In this document: positions 23,561 to 36,129 of the stretch, one piece after another
Numbering within the stretch: position 1 is the first letter of the stretch
How the letters are laid out: every line of letters begins with the position of its first letter
From: Somniosus microcephalus
Lineage: Eukaryota
Assembly (NCBI GenBank): GCA_052327205.1
Contig: CM126202.1
Span: forward strand, 381,362,001 to 381,426,000
DNA length: 64,000 bases
Direction: 5' to 3'
Made by a program: the position numbers and the translations under genes
Notes under the pieces: generated by a model
Seen by the model: only the letters and a program-made list of their open reading frames with translations
Database searches by the model: none
Told to the model about the DNA's origin: nothing

Positions 23561-26500
23561 TCATATGTCTTTCCAAGCCAATCCCCAGCAGGGCAAGCAG
23601 CCTGCTCCCAATCTACAATGTACATCATTTTTGAGTTAGAATATGGGAGATGTACGAGTGTGACTTACCCTCCAGTGTTCTCTATGGACAGCTCCATCTA
23701 ATAAGTTTGACAATTTGCAGGATGAGGCTTCATGGATATCAACCATCGCCCTACCATTCTGTGGCAGAATGCTTTGGGGTGCCAATATGCTGTGCCAACT
23801 TTTTCTAAATCTTTTCCATGTGAATTGGCATTTTAAAAGTATTGCGCCACTGGAATTGTCATAAAAGTTCTAATTGGAGTTGCATATTAAGAGTGAGAAA
23901 AGCCTGGCTAATACACATCAAAGCACTTACCAACTAAGTGAGACCAAGATGAGGCGGCAAAGAGAGCCAAGACAGAGGTGGAGAAGACAAAGAACAGGAC
24001 ACAGATAAGGATGATGAGAGTGACGGGGTAAAGAGAAAGATAGATTAAAGATAAAACACAGAGATGTAAAAAAGAGAAATAGCAGACTGAAAGATAAACT
24101 GAGATCTATTCATTTTTTGTAACTTTTCTCATAGAACTACACATACCCCCACGACAAAATATATATGTTCCAAAAGTCAGTCAGAATCATGAACTATTGT
24201 CTTGAAAAATTCACATCATATAGTTAACTCTATGAAATGAGATGCCTCGCACTCTTCACTTCTATATGACAAATTGTATGTTTATTAAGTAACCATGCTG
24301 GTAAAATAATTTTGGTGCATTTTAAACAGTTCTACAACATGTCACCCAGAATGAGACAAAAGTGCCACAGTTTTAGGCCATCTATTTTTTTTAGCATGTG
24401 CATTTATCAACGGTGCACCAGCAAATTACCTTAAGAAAATGTTATATTGTATAAAATAATGTTCCACCTTTTCGTTACAAATGTATTTTATGTTGCAAAC
24501 ACATCTTAAGAATTTGCAGAATTTTCTCCAACAATCTTCTGGAAATGTTTCAAAACTGTGATGTAGGACAGTAAGAACACATTTCCTGCATTGCTCTCAC
24601 TTTATCCCTACTTTAAATACCTGCAGAATAACAAAGGCAGGGAAGTGGGTGGGAGTTGTGTGTGCAGCCATTCAAAGCCCAAACTAGTGTGAACACTGTG
24701 TGAACATTGCACAATCAAAAACTGAGGTGGGAAAGAGATTTTATATTTTTGTTCAGGAGGAACTGCCCTTAAGCCTTGGGGAAGAGAAGAGCTGAATGTT
24801 ATTTCCATCACAATAACACCATGCTCAATTGACTCAATGACACTTTGGTGAATTTCCATCTGAATTGACTCATCACATCTGTGCGTTTGCTGAATATTTC
24901 TAGAAAACTCTTCCCCTTTAAATGTAGTGTTTGCACTTAATCGGTTATAAGAATTATAAGGTATTTTAAATTCCCTGCCCCCATCTGTCCGCTGGTGAGT
25001 TAACACTGAATTTATTCCATTACTCAGCTTCAGTGCTCAAATTATTTTATACAATTAAATTCTTTTCACAAATTATTTTATACGATTAAATTCTTTTCAC
25101 CCTCACTTTCCCATCCACCCGGATAATTATATTTTGTTTTGATTTTTCTTTCTATTGAGTTCACCTGATGACAATCCCAACTCCATTTCCAGAACAAGAG
25201 GGCTGGCAAGCAACCTGCTCCTGGTTCTCTTTGCCAATGCTGCTCTATGACCAGTCCCAGTGAGGGGGGTGCAGGTGCAGCATGGCTGATTTTGCCTCCC
25301 CTCTCCCTGAAGGAAAGCATCTAATACTCCCGGTCCCTTCCTCCAACGACCGACTGAGTGATAGAACTTACTGTGCATTGAATTGCGGTGTAAATCCATG
25401 CCCTACTTCTCCATTACTTTGTTTACTTTATTACCTTGTGGAACTTGAATGTCTAACAGCGTAGATCTAAACATCTTTTCTAATTTAAGATGTTTTCTCT
25501 CATTGGGACCTTGTGTATCACGCAACAGAGGGATTCTGTCAATATCATTCTGAAACTGGCCACAAGGAGCTGCACAAGAGTTTCCCACAGTGAGTGACAG
25601 GCACTCAGATTCCCCCTCCCTCATTGGGGAGAAGTGTCACTGTGTGCCTCCCCTTGCAAACATGGCTAAGATCAGGAACCTAGCATGTGGAGGACTCTCA
25701 GTACCACCGTGTGTCATGTCATTCTATAGCACAAATATACTGGTGCCCGTGCCACTATTATGCAATATATATAATAAGCTATGTAAACACTGTAACTCTG
25801 AGGTGGGTTTACCCCACTTCAGCCATAGGTATGGGGCACAAACCAAACCAGGGGCTTGAGGAGAAAACCGGTAGATAGAGTGCCCAATACTGTACGTCAT
25901 GGGGTATGGCCACTGCTGCCCCTCTGCTTTCACCCTGAACAGCCAGCTTTCTCCTGCATTTGCTAATTTTCTATTTATTGTTTCTTTAACCAGTTTCTGT
26001 ACAATTGACAAGGTGGTGAGGGGAAAGAAGGTGAACCGGCCTTGGGAGAATGGAAACAGCCGGAAGGAGCGGCAACGGCTGATTTCCCCCTATCTGCCAG
26101 GACATGATTTCATATCATTGAGGTGGTTTCACAAGCCAAAAGGAACTACATCAAGTTTATGTCAACTTCGGTGTTCAAATTAAATGAACCATGTGGCCCA
26201 GAGCATTGATGTATGGCAGAGTGGATCGGTGCGACAAAGTCCCAGGCCATTGCCCCTCCCAGTCCTGGCCAATTAAATACAGCAACTTCAGAAGTCCAAC
26301 AAAGCGATCTGGCATTTTCCATACTTGTCCACAAGAGGTCTAAGGTGTCCTCCTGCAGAGCTGACTGTCCCAAATCGGCCTTAAAAAACGAAGAACAGGA
26401 GAGTGGGATGTGGCTGGTGTAGCTTTAAGGGAATGTCTGAGGACCTGATTAAACACCTCCAGGTCTCAGGTGAAAGAAAATAGCAAGAACGACGTCCAGG

Positions 26501-26883
26501 CATCAACTTTTTTAAGGCACACCAAACAAGATCATTGATCCTCCGATTTTGTATTTCTTATATAGTATTTGAAAGTGCCATCTCAGCCTGCGTCAATAGA
26601 TCTCACCAATGCCCTGCGGCAGTGCTATAACAGCTCCTTAATCGGCTCTGCTTCTCGGACAGTGTGGAAGCCTTTCCTGGAAAGATGACAATCACGTTGA
26701 ATAAAGACATAAGACTTCGCAACAAAATAAAAGCCAGTCCACTATCTGAGTATATTAGTAACAGTTTGTAAATAGGGAACCGGCTGCAATCATTCTCAGA
26801 TCAGTTCACTCGGGGTCAGTTCAGATCTGGTTCAATCAGTTGGGATCGGACCACCCCACACATCTGGCTAGGCTCGCTCGCTG

Positions 26884-27360
26884 TCAGCAGGTGACCGCAT
26901 TGCTGGGAGCCACATCGGAGGTGAAATCAAACTCGTTGTGTCCCAGCCAGAGTTCAGGCAGCTCGTCCACTCGGTCCAAGCCCAACTCCAGCACCAGCGT
27001 CATCAGCACGTCCTCATCGATGAGGTCCGTGTCAATGATGCCCGGTGGGTGTGGGGCCGGGATCGCCTGGTCTGGGGGCTGAGGAGCAGCCGGTGCCTGG
27101 CTATCCCCGGGGGCTGGAGCAGGGTGCAGAGCCGAGCTGTGGTACTGGCTGTTGAGCTTTTGCAGCTGGAAGCTGGCCAGCAGCTGCGGGCTGTGCAGGC
27201 TGAAGTGCTGCTGCTGGACCCCGCACGAAGAGGCGATCAGCCCCGAGTTAAACTGTCCATTGCTGCCGCTGGGAACCCTGCTCCGAGCCACCGAGCCTCC
27301 ACGGTGCAGCATGGTGACCGCTTCATGTTCCTTCAGTCCGGGGTACACCAGAGAACTCAT
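26884..27360 (-). CDS. CITED1: Cbp/p300-interacting transactivator 1 (158 aa)
   Basis: [19 protein letters not shown] start, [14 protein letters not shown] motif, acidic C-terminal domain [39 protein letters not shown]; acceptor ttgttccccctcag before 27386; lies between RPS4 and HDAC8. Confidence 0.93.
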   Translation of the reverse strand: MSSLVYPGLKEHEAVTMLHRGGSVARSRVPSGSNGQFNSGLIASSCGVQQQHFSLHSPQLLASFQLQKLNSQYHSSALHPAPAPGDSQAPAAPQPPDQAIPAPHPPGIIDTDLIDEDVLMTLVLELGLDRVDELPELWLGHNEFDFTSDVAPSNAVTC

Positions 27361-27423
27361 CGACCCTCCAGAGATCAGCCAGGGACCTGAGGGGGAACAA
27401 ACAACAACTTTAAGTTAGCAGCA

Positions 27424-27437
27424 CCGCCAGGGGGCGA
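27424..27437 (+). promoter_or_regulatory. CTCF-like motif in the CITED1 intron
   Basis: CCGCCAGGGGGCGA closely matches the CCGCNAGGGGGCGC core. Confidence 0.55.
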
Positions 27438-27649
27438 ATCTCAAACATTGCACCTTCAGTAAAGAGCAGACACCATAAACGTGTTCACTCTGGGACTTTA
27501 AAATTTTTTATACATTTATATTTGTTATACTGGTTACTATTCTAGTCGCAGTGACACTATATTGCTGCATGTCAGTATTCAGAATTGGGATCAACGTGTT
27601 TCACACTCCTTACCAGTGTTCTACACATTAGCTCCGTAAAGTGCATCTT

Positions 27650-28142
27650 AAAGATCGATTTCTCATTGACAAATAACCGTCCTTGGCCTCTTGTATTGTT
27701 CCACGGAAGTTCAACGTAAACTCGAGGAACAGCACCTCATCTTCCGATTAGGCACTCTGCAGCCTTCCGGTCTCAATATCGAGTTCAACAATTTCAGATC
27801 ATAACCTCGGCCCCTATTTCATTTTCACTTATATTTTTCCACTCCTTTCCTTTCCCCCCCCCCCTTTCCTTTTGTTTCTCTCTCACACCTGGCAGCTATC
27901 TTTTGCCCTGCCAGTACACTTTACACCTAATCACAGCCTATTACCATCTCGTCTAGCTTCTAATCTCTTTTACTTCTTTTGGTTCTTTTATTCTTTTGTC
28001 CGATCGCAGCCCTGCCTTCGATCTAGTTCCTTTTCTCTCCAGTTTTGAAGAAGGGTCAAACCCGAAACGTCAACTCAAATTTCTCTCCACGGATGTTGCC
28101 TGACTTGCTGAGTTTTTCCAGCATTTTCTGTTGTTATTTCAG
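27650..28142 (+). mobile_element. Penelope-like retroelement 3' fragment (GIY-YIG end + terminal repeat)
   Basis: ITVLGLLYCSTEVQRKLEEQHLIFRLGTLQPSGLNIEFNNFRS* (TLxPxGLN signature), pyrimidine-rich tract, then tgaagaagggtc...cccgaaacgtcaac. Confidence 0.85.
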
Positions 28143-28431
28143 GTTTGTTTCACTGTTGGCTCCATGTGAGGGCCTGGGGTTGTCAGACATTTTGAAAGAT
28201 GTATTTCATGTGAAACTGACATCACCAGTCTCTGCAGGCTGAAGATTATTCAGAATACTGTCACTGAAACCAGAATTAAAGTAGAAATAGTGTAATTAAC
28301 CGTAACTATCCCAACTATAGAATATTGAAAAGAGTTAGCCCCCCTCTTTCATAAGAAAGGTGCAGGGTCAGAAAAGGTCGCTGGCCCGCATCGCTCTCGC
28401 ACCCCAGCTCTTTAATTTTACCAACCAACTG

Positions 28432-28548
28432 CATTTTAGGATGTGGGTGTCGCTGGCAAGGCCAGCATTTATTGCCCAACCCTAATTGCCCTGGAGAAGG
28501 CGGTGGTGAGCCGCCGCCTTGAACCACTGCAGTCCGTGTGGTGAAGGT
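28432..28548 (-). mobile_element. 3' end of the LINE family seen at 52360-52908
   Basis: Reverse complement matches gggcaataaatgctggccttgccagcgac...cccacatcc. Confidence 0.85.
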
Positions 28549-28729
28549 TAACCTGCCCCCTTAACTGCCTCTTTCTGGACTGTAAAGTTTGAGCTTTCCT
28601 AAGCTTTCTTCACAACCAAGGACACTCGTTTGCAGTTTTCACAGGAAAATGGATTAACTCGCTGGGATCTTCAAAACATTGGTTACAACATCCTGCAAAA
28701 CCCCCCTAAATCCTGTGATAAAAATTAAA

Positions 28730-29290
28730 TTTGCTTATTCAGTCACCATAAACCATTGGCCCTGTTCATAGCTCAATGGCCCTGTAATTAATTGCCTAAG
28801 TCAGAGTTGTAATCCCAAGGTGAGACCTCAGCAGTGCCCAATGATTCCTTCACGATGATAACCAATTTCACCAAATATCTTCCCTGGCCTCCTTGGGTAG
28901 GTCGGATACCGATCTGCCCAGGGAATTTGCTAGTGTCAAGTCCCTTTAACCTGTCAAATATATCTGCCACACTGACATTAAAATTGTATACTGGGCGTGC
29001 AACCAAACAATGGAAAGGAAATTAGTGCCATCCTCTTTGGTGGCTATTTCAAAATACATTCATGTAGTAACATTTTAACTTTCATCTTTCAGAAGTCAAA
29101 CTTCTCTAATGACCTTTTGCTGCTGTGATACCGGAAGCATGTTTTCGCATTATGTTTAACACCGTTTGCTATTCTCATCTCTTGGGCCCTGTTTGTGTCT
29201 CTATTATCCCCGTTAATCTGCTTTAACACATTCCCACGGTACTCTTGAAGTTCTCTCCCATTCCAAGCACTATGCTGTACATTCTGTGAA
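28730..29290 (-). mobile_element. Old CR1 fragment
   Basis: IANGVKHNAKTCFRYHSSKR and LKGLDTSKFPG remnants. Confidence 0.6.
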
Positions 29291-29479
29291 ATTACTGAAC
29301 TTTTCAAAGTATAAAACACATATGTAATAAACATATAAAATCTTTTAAGATGTCCTAAATTGATCATATTTTAGTAATATCGATATAACGGGTCTTGTCT
29401 GGTGTAAGTGTATACACAAATGCAGGACAATAAATTTACAAGGGTTAAAGATATGGATATTTGTCTATATACATGCTTA

Positions 29480-30680
29480 TATTTTATTTATTGGTCGTAC
29501 CGCCCGGGATGTTCTGTTTGGCTTGCTTAACGATGCATCGGCCGTTAGGTGGAAATAATCCGCCGGAGACCCATGTGTTTTAATACCGTGCAGTCGAGGG
29601 ACACAATGAATGTATTTCAACATCGAGTGCATTTCATCCTCATCCACGGTAAGAAAATGTCACAAAAATGCTATGTAGGATAAACTTGACAGGACCCACT
29701 CACTCCCAGGAGGCTGGACTCATTTTGGTTTTATCTGAAAGACGTGTTTCCATAAACAGGGTTTCTATAAATATCCAATTGGTCTGAGAGAGTCCGATCG
29801 GACTGGCTCCAGCTGTTGGTGGTAGGGTCAGACTCTGGATACAGCGAATGATCGATGGAAGCGGCTTCTGGAGAGGAGCAGCCAGCCTCTGCTAAACGGG
29901 CAAGCCGGAAGCGCCTTAAAGTTGAACAGTCATTGATATATTCTTTATAACCTAGTATTATTTATAATCCAATTTGCCCTTAATTCAAATTATTGTGAAT
30001 ATGTGCTGGGTATTAGCCAAAGCGGAAGGAGAGATCTGTGACCCACATGTGTTCAGTGCTCAGCCTTACCTTCTCCAAGGCTGGTTTCCCGAGCCAGTGT
30101 CTCAGATTTCTTTTGCAAACGTGACTCTATTGATCTGAGTTAGGGTGCAGACCCCCCCTCCCCCCCAGAAAGTGACCCCCAAATGTCAGCTTCTGTGCGA
30201 GGCGATCCTGCCCTCCGCTGTCCACACGGTGATCCGATCTGGTTAAATCCTCGGAGGCGAGGGTTCAGCTCAGAGACGATGAACAGCACTGTTCTGAATC
30301 GGGTCCGAGTACAGAGTTGTTCGTCCCACAGTTAAATTTGAAGAAGTGAATCGATTGCAGCGACAGCGATCTCTGTGCAGATTTTCTCCTGGTCAATGTC
30401 CAGGGGAAGGTAGAGTTGCCAGGAGTTGGACACCGGTCCCAAAGAATATCTCAATCTGAATGATCCACGCTTGATCCGATTCTCTCTGCCGAGCAGATCT
30501 ATGCACCGCTCCCTCTGTGAATCCCCACTTGCAATGAAAGAGCTTTTCTCTGGTCTCCGGACTTTATTCTGTCCCAGTCCCATCAGCATTCACTGACACA
30601 AAGTGCCGATTTAACCGAGAGGAGCGACTGCAAAACCTGGTCTGGATCGTCCACTTTACTCGTGTGCAGGTTTTCCACTG
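29480..30680 (-). promoter_or_regulatory. CITED1: CpG-enriched unique region, probable CITED1 promoter / 5' exons
   Basis: CpG enrichment without repeat signatures; ETS-like CCGGAAG near 29905; TATA-like TATAAA near 29945-29965; minus-strand donors GA|gtgagt (~29703) and AAG|gtaagg (30070). Confidence 0.5.
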
Positions 30681-31019
30681 ATTCCTCGAATAAAGCCAAA
30701 TTCAAGCCATCACTAGAGGGGAAATAACAAATATTGCTAACAGCTGCTGATGGTGTACCGCTTGGAAAGAACAAAAAGCAAAATTCCACTTTATTGATTC
30801 AAGTTGCATACTAAGCAGTTCTGGTCTCTAATGGCTGGATGTTGGGTGTCGGACCAGATGCTATATAGGAAAATATTTTACATTTACAATAACAGGATAC
30901 TAATACTGATAAAACCCTGGTAGAGAGATTACTGATGAATATCCACAGAGAGAACACAAGGAGGGGCAGCAAACTCAAGAATGATCCTAATTATTATAAA
31001 TCTAAGCGGAAAATGATAT

Positions 31020-32690
31020 TACAGCTCCCCTAATGGCTCAGTTGGCAGACGCACTGCCCAATGCGATACTGAGCCACGCAGATGAGGAAGGACCCAAATC
31101 AATCCCTTGTCACAATTAGTCAGTCTCAATCAATGTGATGTTAGAGTACCATACATGACATCAGCGTCCCTGATTGCTATCCAGTGAGCTATGCTGGAAA
31201 GTGCACATGTATAGGTGTCAAGTAAAGACAGAATAGTCATAGTCATAAAGTCATAATGGCACAGAAGGAGGTCATTCGGCCTATCGAGTCTGCGCCGGCT
31301 CACTGCAGAGCAATCCAGCCAGTCCCACTCCACCGCTCTATCCCCGTAGCCCTGCAAGTTTATTTCCCTCAAGTGCCTATCCAGTCTCCCCTTGAAAACA
31401 TTGTCTCCGCTTCCACCACTTCCATCAGCAGCAAGTTCCAGGTCCTCACCACTCGCTGTGTAAAAAAGCTTTTCCTCACATCCCCCCTGTATCTCTTGCC
31501 CAAAACCTTAAATTTGTGTCCCCTGGTCCTTGTGCCATCAACTAGTGGGAACAGCCTTTCTCTGTCTAGCCTATCCAAACCCGTCATAATCTTGTACACC
31601 TCAATCAAATCACCCCTCAACCTCCTTGGCTCTAATGAAAACAAATCCAGCTTCTCCAACCTGTCCTTGTAGGTAAGATTCCCCCATCCCCAGAACCATT
31701 CTGGTAAAACTCCTCTGCACCCTCTCAAGTGCCTTCACATTCTCCCTAAAGTGTGGTGACCAGAACTGGATGCAATACTCCAGTTGTGGCCTAACCAGCG
31801 CTTTATAAAGGTTCAGCATAACTTCTCTACTTTTGTACTCAATACCTCTATTTAGGAAGCCCAAGATCCCATATGCTTTGCTAACCACTCTCTCAATATG
31901 TCCTACCACCTTCAGGGACCTATGCACATTAACTCCCAGGTCCCTCTGTCCCTGCACACTCTTTAAAACTGTGCCATTAAGTGTATATTGCCTCTCCCTG
32001 TTCCTTCTACCAAAATGCATCACCTCACACTTCTCTATATTAAATTCCATCTGCCACTTGTCTGCCCATTCTGCTAGCCTATCTATGTCCTGTTGCAGTC
32101 GATTGATATCATCTTCACTGTTTGCCACACACCCAAGTTTGGTGTCATTGGCAAATTTAGAAATTCTACTCTGTATTCCAATATCCAAGTCATTTATATA
32201 TATCAAAAAAAGCACTGACCACAGCACTGACCCTTGGGGAACACCACTGTCTACCATCCTCCAGTCTGAAAAACAGCCATTTACCACAACTCATTGTTTT
32301 CTGTCCTTAAGCCAATTCCTTATCCAAGCTGCCACTGACCCACCTATTCCATGAGCCTCAATTTTGTTAACCAGCCTTCTATGTGGTACTTTGTCAAAAG
32401 CCTTCTGAAAATCCATGTAGACTACATCCATTGCATTCCCTTCATCAATCCTCCCTGTTACTTCATCAAAAAATTAATTAGATTAGTCAAACATGATCTG
32501 CCTTTTACAAATCCATGTTAGCTCTCCGTAATTAGCTTAATAGGGCTCAACTGTGATGCCTCCTCCATCAAATAACTTGCCAACACTCAATGTTTGGGCC
32601 ATTAGGCCAAGGCATCAGAGGGCTGCCGGTGCCCGTGGAACCATACTGAGAATGAATTAGCACCTTCAAGAGGGAAGAAATATTTTGAAA
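31020..32690 (+). mobile_element. tRNA-headed SINE (family unnamed) split by a CR1 insertion
   Basis: Head TGGCTCAGTTGG...actgagccac at ~31030; body resumes at 32539 (aatagggctcaactgtgatgcc...); same family at 38490, 40597 and 60990. Confidence 0.7.
31237..32538 (-). mobile_element. CR1 LINE RT to 3' tail
   Basis: GVPQGSVL, KFANDTK, LVRPQLEYC, LRGDLIEVYKIM; (ATGACT)n tail; AATAG duplicated on both sides. Confidence 0.95.
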
Positions 32691-33424
32691 GAAAATGATA
32701 GCTGTTTAAACTGTCTTCCCTGATAGTGTTTTTAAAGAGCAGCATACTCAGCAGGGACACCGATTTTCGATCAGGCTATACAAGATGGGCATTGCATGCA
32801 ATAAGAAAATCATTAGGAAATAAATGGGAATTGTGTGTTTTGTTTTCATTTAACCTTGCAACACATGCACAGTTCCTTCATCCATTGTGTTCAAGTGAAC
32901 ACAGCATGTGTGCAATTATCACAGGTACAGACAGCATTTTTGTAGCATTAAAAATAGTTTTCATTAGCAATTGTGCTTTTGTTATAGCCTCAGGGGAACC
33001 TGGATATCAGACAGAAAGAGGAAAGGTGAAATGAAAGGTCACCTATTTAAAAAAGGGGAAATCCTTCTGTACTTAGAAATCAGCATTGTTGTTTCTTATT
33101 ATTCCTGCACAACATTCAGGAAATACCAAGTAAGCCCACATTTATCTTGTTCATCCCCATTCACCTTTACCTGAAAACTATTTTTATTGCACAGTCTCCT
33201 TGTGTCCAAAACATTTCCCTCTCTTTCTGACAGATTGGTTCAGCTAAATCAGTTGAGCGTGGATTGAGCAGGACACGAAGGTTATGTACTTCAGGACTTA
33301 GCCTGAATTGGCACCTAGGAGATTAATGAATTTGAGGCTAATAGGTGTAGCATATAAATGAGGAATAAGGAGGGGACAAGGATATATGTGATTGACAGAG
33401 AAAGAGAGAAAGAAAAAGAGAGAA

Positions 33425-34283
33425 CAACAACAACTTGTATTTATATAGCACCTTTAATGTAGTAAAACATCCCAAGCTGCTTTACAGGAGTGTTAACAAA
33501 ATTTGACACCATGAGGAGATATTAAGGCAGATGATCAAAAGCTTGGTCAAAGGGGTAGGTTTTAAGGAGCGTCTTAAAGGAGGAAAGAGATAGAGAGGCG
33601 GAGAGGTTTAGGGAGGGAATTCCAGAGCTCAGGGCCTTGGCAGCTGAAGGCACAGCCACCAATGGTGGAGCAATTAACATTGGGGATGCTCAAGAGGGCA
33701 GAATTAGAGGAGCGCAGATATCTTGGGAGGGTTGTGTGGCTGGAGGAGATTACAGAGATAGGGAGGGGCGAGGCCATGGAGGGATTTGAAAACAAGGATG
33801 TGAATTTTAAAATTGAGGCATTGCTTAACCAGGAGCCAAAGTAGGCCAGCAAGCACAGGGGTGATGGATAAATGGGATTTGTGCGTGTTAGGACATGGGC
33901 AGTAGAGTTTTGGATGACCTCAAGGGTAGAATGTGGGAGGCCAGCCAGGAGTGCGCTGAGGCAGGGGCAGAGTCAGGCAATGTTCTGGAGGTGGAAATAG
34001 GCAGTCTTAGTGATGGCATGGATATGTGGAAGCTCATCTTGGGGTCAAATATGACACCAAGGCTGCGAACAGTCTGGTTCAGCTTCAGACAGTTGCCAGG
34101 GAGGGATGGAGTCATGGCTAGGGAACAAAGTTTGTGGTGGGGACCGAAGACAATGGCTTTGGCCTTCTCAATATTTAGTTGAAGAAAATTTCTGCTCATC
34201 CAGTACTGGCTGTCGGACTAGCAGTCTAACAATTTAGAGACAGCGGAGGGGTCGAGAGAGGTGGTGGTGAAGTAGAGCTGGGT
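33425..34283 (-). mobile_element. L2 LINE 3' fragment with 18-bp flanking duplication
   Basis: Same family as 18335-19815; AGAAAGAAAAAGAGAGAA at 33407-33424 and 34284-34301. Confidence 0.92.
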
Positions 34284-34349
34284 AGAAAGAAAAAGAGAGA
34301 AAGAAAGAAACAAACTAACTTTTATTGGCTAGTAAAGTCAAAATCACCA

Positions 34350-34482
34350 ATTCTGATGAAAGGTCATCGACCTGAAACGTAACCTCTGTTTCTCTTTCCA
34401 TAGATGCTGCCTGACTGCTGAGTGTTTTACAGCATTTTCTGTTTTTATTTCAGATTTCCAGCATCTGCAATATTTTCCTTTA
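34350..34482 (+). mobile_element. Solo Penelope-type terminal repeat fragment
   Basis: ctgatgaaaggtcatcgacctgaaacgt...gatgctgcctgac...ccagcatctgca; matches 28020-28142; shorter copies at ~13755-13830 (-) and ~40180-40262 (+). Confidence 0.7.
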
Positions 34483-36129
34483 GTTCCTGTGATGTTTCAT
34501 TTGGATTACCACAGGGCACAGCGTACAAAATATCACAAATTGAGTGCTGCTCTGAAACAGTCTAAGACTGCGATCAGTCCATGTTGTATGTCACACTCAT
34601 TGCTCCATATTTTGCAACTACCCACTTCCATTCATCAGAAAGGGCAGATGTTCAGGGTTTTTGCACAAAAGTAGCTGCCTAATCGGCACTTCAATAACAG
34701 TATATCTCAGTATTCAGGACAATTTGAAGACCACCCGTTAAACACACTTACTTTTCAATGCCATCCCATCCAGTGCTTTATATTCCAAACTGCATTTCCT
34801 TCCAGTGGGAAAGTTCCTTTTAGCTCTACCATTTCCATATGAGCTGCACAGATTAATTCTTTGCTTTTGTGCCTTACATTGTTTTCAGTAGTACAGCTAT
34901 AGATCTGCCTGCAGTTCTCTCTCAATTTTAATCTACCAAATTCACATCTGTGCATCTAGCTTACTGTATGTCTGCTGATCAATACCCACATTTATAACAT
35001 TCAAGCAAGGAAGTATCAGAGGGTGAGCAAAATATATTTCTACAGGCTCCAGTGACAATGTGAGCTCACAAAGTAATTTCAACTGATTTGCCTTGGCTTT
35101 GAAATACTTATTAATATGGTAAATTACTTACCATAGGTGGCGTCTTCATTCTTTTGAAGAAGTTCAGCTTCCACATATGAATAGGAATTGACACCATCTC
35201 ATGAAAGAACACCATCTGGCTCCCTTCCTGCCTCTAGCAGGATGTTTTGTCCTCCGATTAAAACGTCTCTGGTCTGAAACTTTTTGGTTTTGGAGGGCCC
35301 AATCTGGTGATGCCCCCGCTTGAAGTGCCCATAGGAATTCGTGTAATTCTTATGGACTGTTGAAGCATTCTAGGGTTGCCTCAATCTGATCCCCAATATG
35401 TCCTTGTCTGGGAGGAATAGCTACATCAGCCTCTTGTGCAGATCAGGATCTTAATAGCTATGCATTCAGCTGTTTAGAATCATTTTCTGTGCTTTGCTCT
35501 CTACAAGGGACGTTGTATTTTATCTGTACCTGGAAGATTGCTAGTGAGGTGGTGGGTATCTATTTAAACAAGACCCCTTTGCAAGCCTGGAACACCCAGT
35601 AGAGCCTACTTGGATTGGATGCTGCTTATTCCAACTATCTACAGCAAATTTTCCCAGACTACCTTTATTGCAGCCCATGTGGGAGGTGATAATGGAACTA
35701 CTCAAAGCATTGTCGGCAGATATATGTACTACATCCAGTATAGCATTTTTCCTTGCTTCGGCCTGAGACAACCTATGGAGTTAGCAAGCAGTATGGTCAT
35801 TATACATTAAGAGATTGGTGCCGATTCAGCATTTTGCCATAGCCGGCTATTGAGGCCTAAGGGGGAATTTTTTTTTAAGTGGACCATTTTTTGATCTCCT
35901 CCCCTTCCACATTGAGAAGAAAGGAAAGCCAGCATACCCTTTTAGCAAAAAAACTAGGAATGATTTGGTAGAAACTCGACCACTCCTGGCATCGAGCATC
36001 CCCAAAGCTACCCAGCTGTCAACAATACCCACACTGGTAACAGAGACGAGGTTGTAAGAGGTAGTGTTGTTGGAATTCTAGAACAGTGGTGCTAGTGGGG
36101 AAGAGATGTCATGGAAAAACATGTCTAAT

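Noticed and set aside
26938-27418. 150-aa and 88-aa ORFs antisense to CITED1
   Set aside because: Expected shadow frames of a GC-rich coding exon; no independent evidence.
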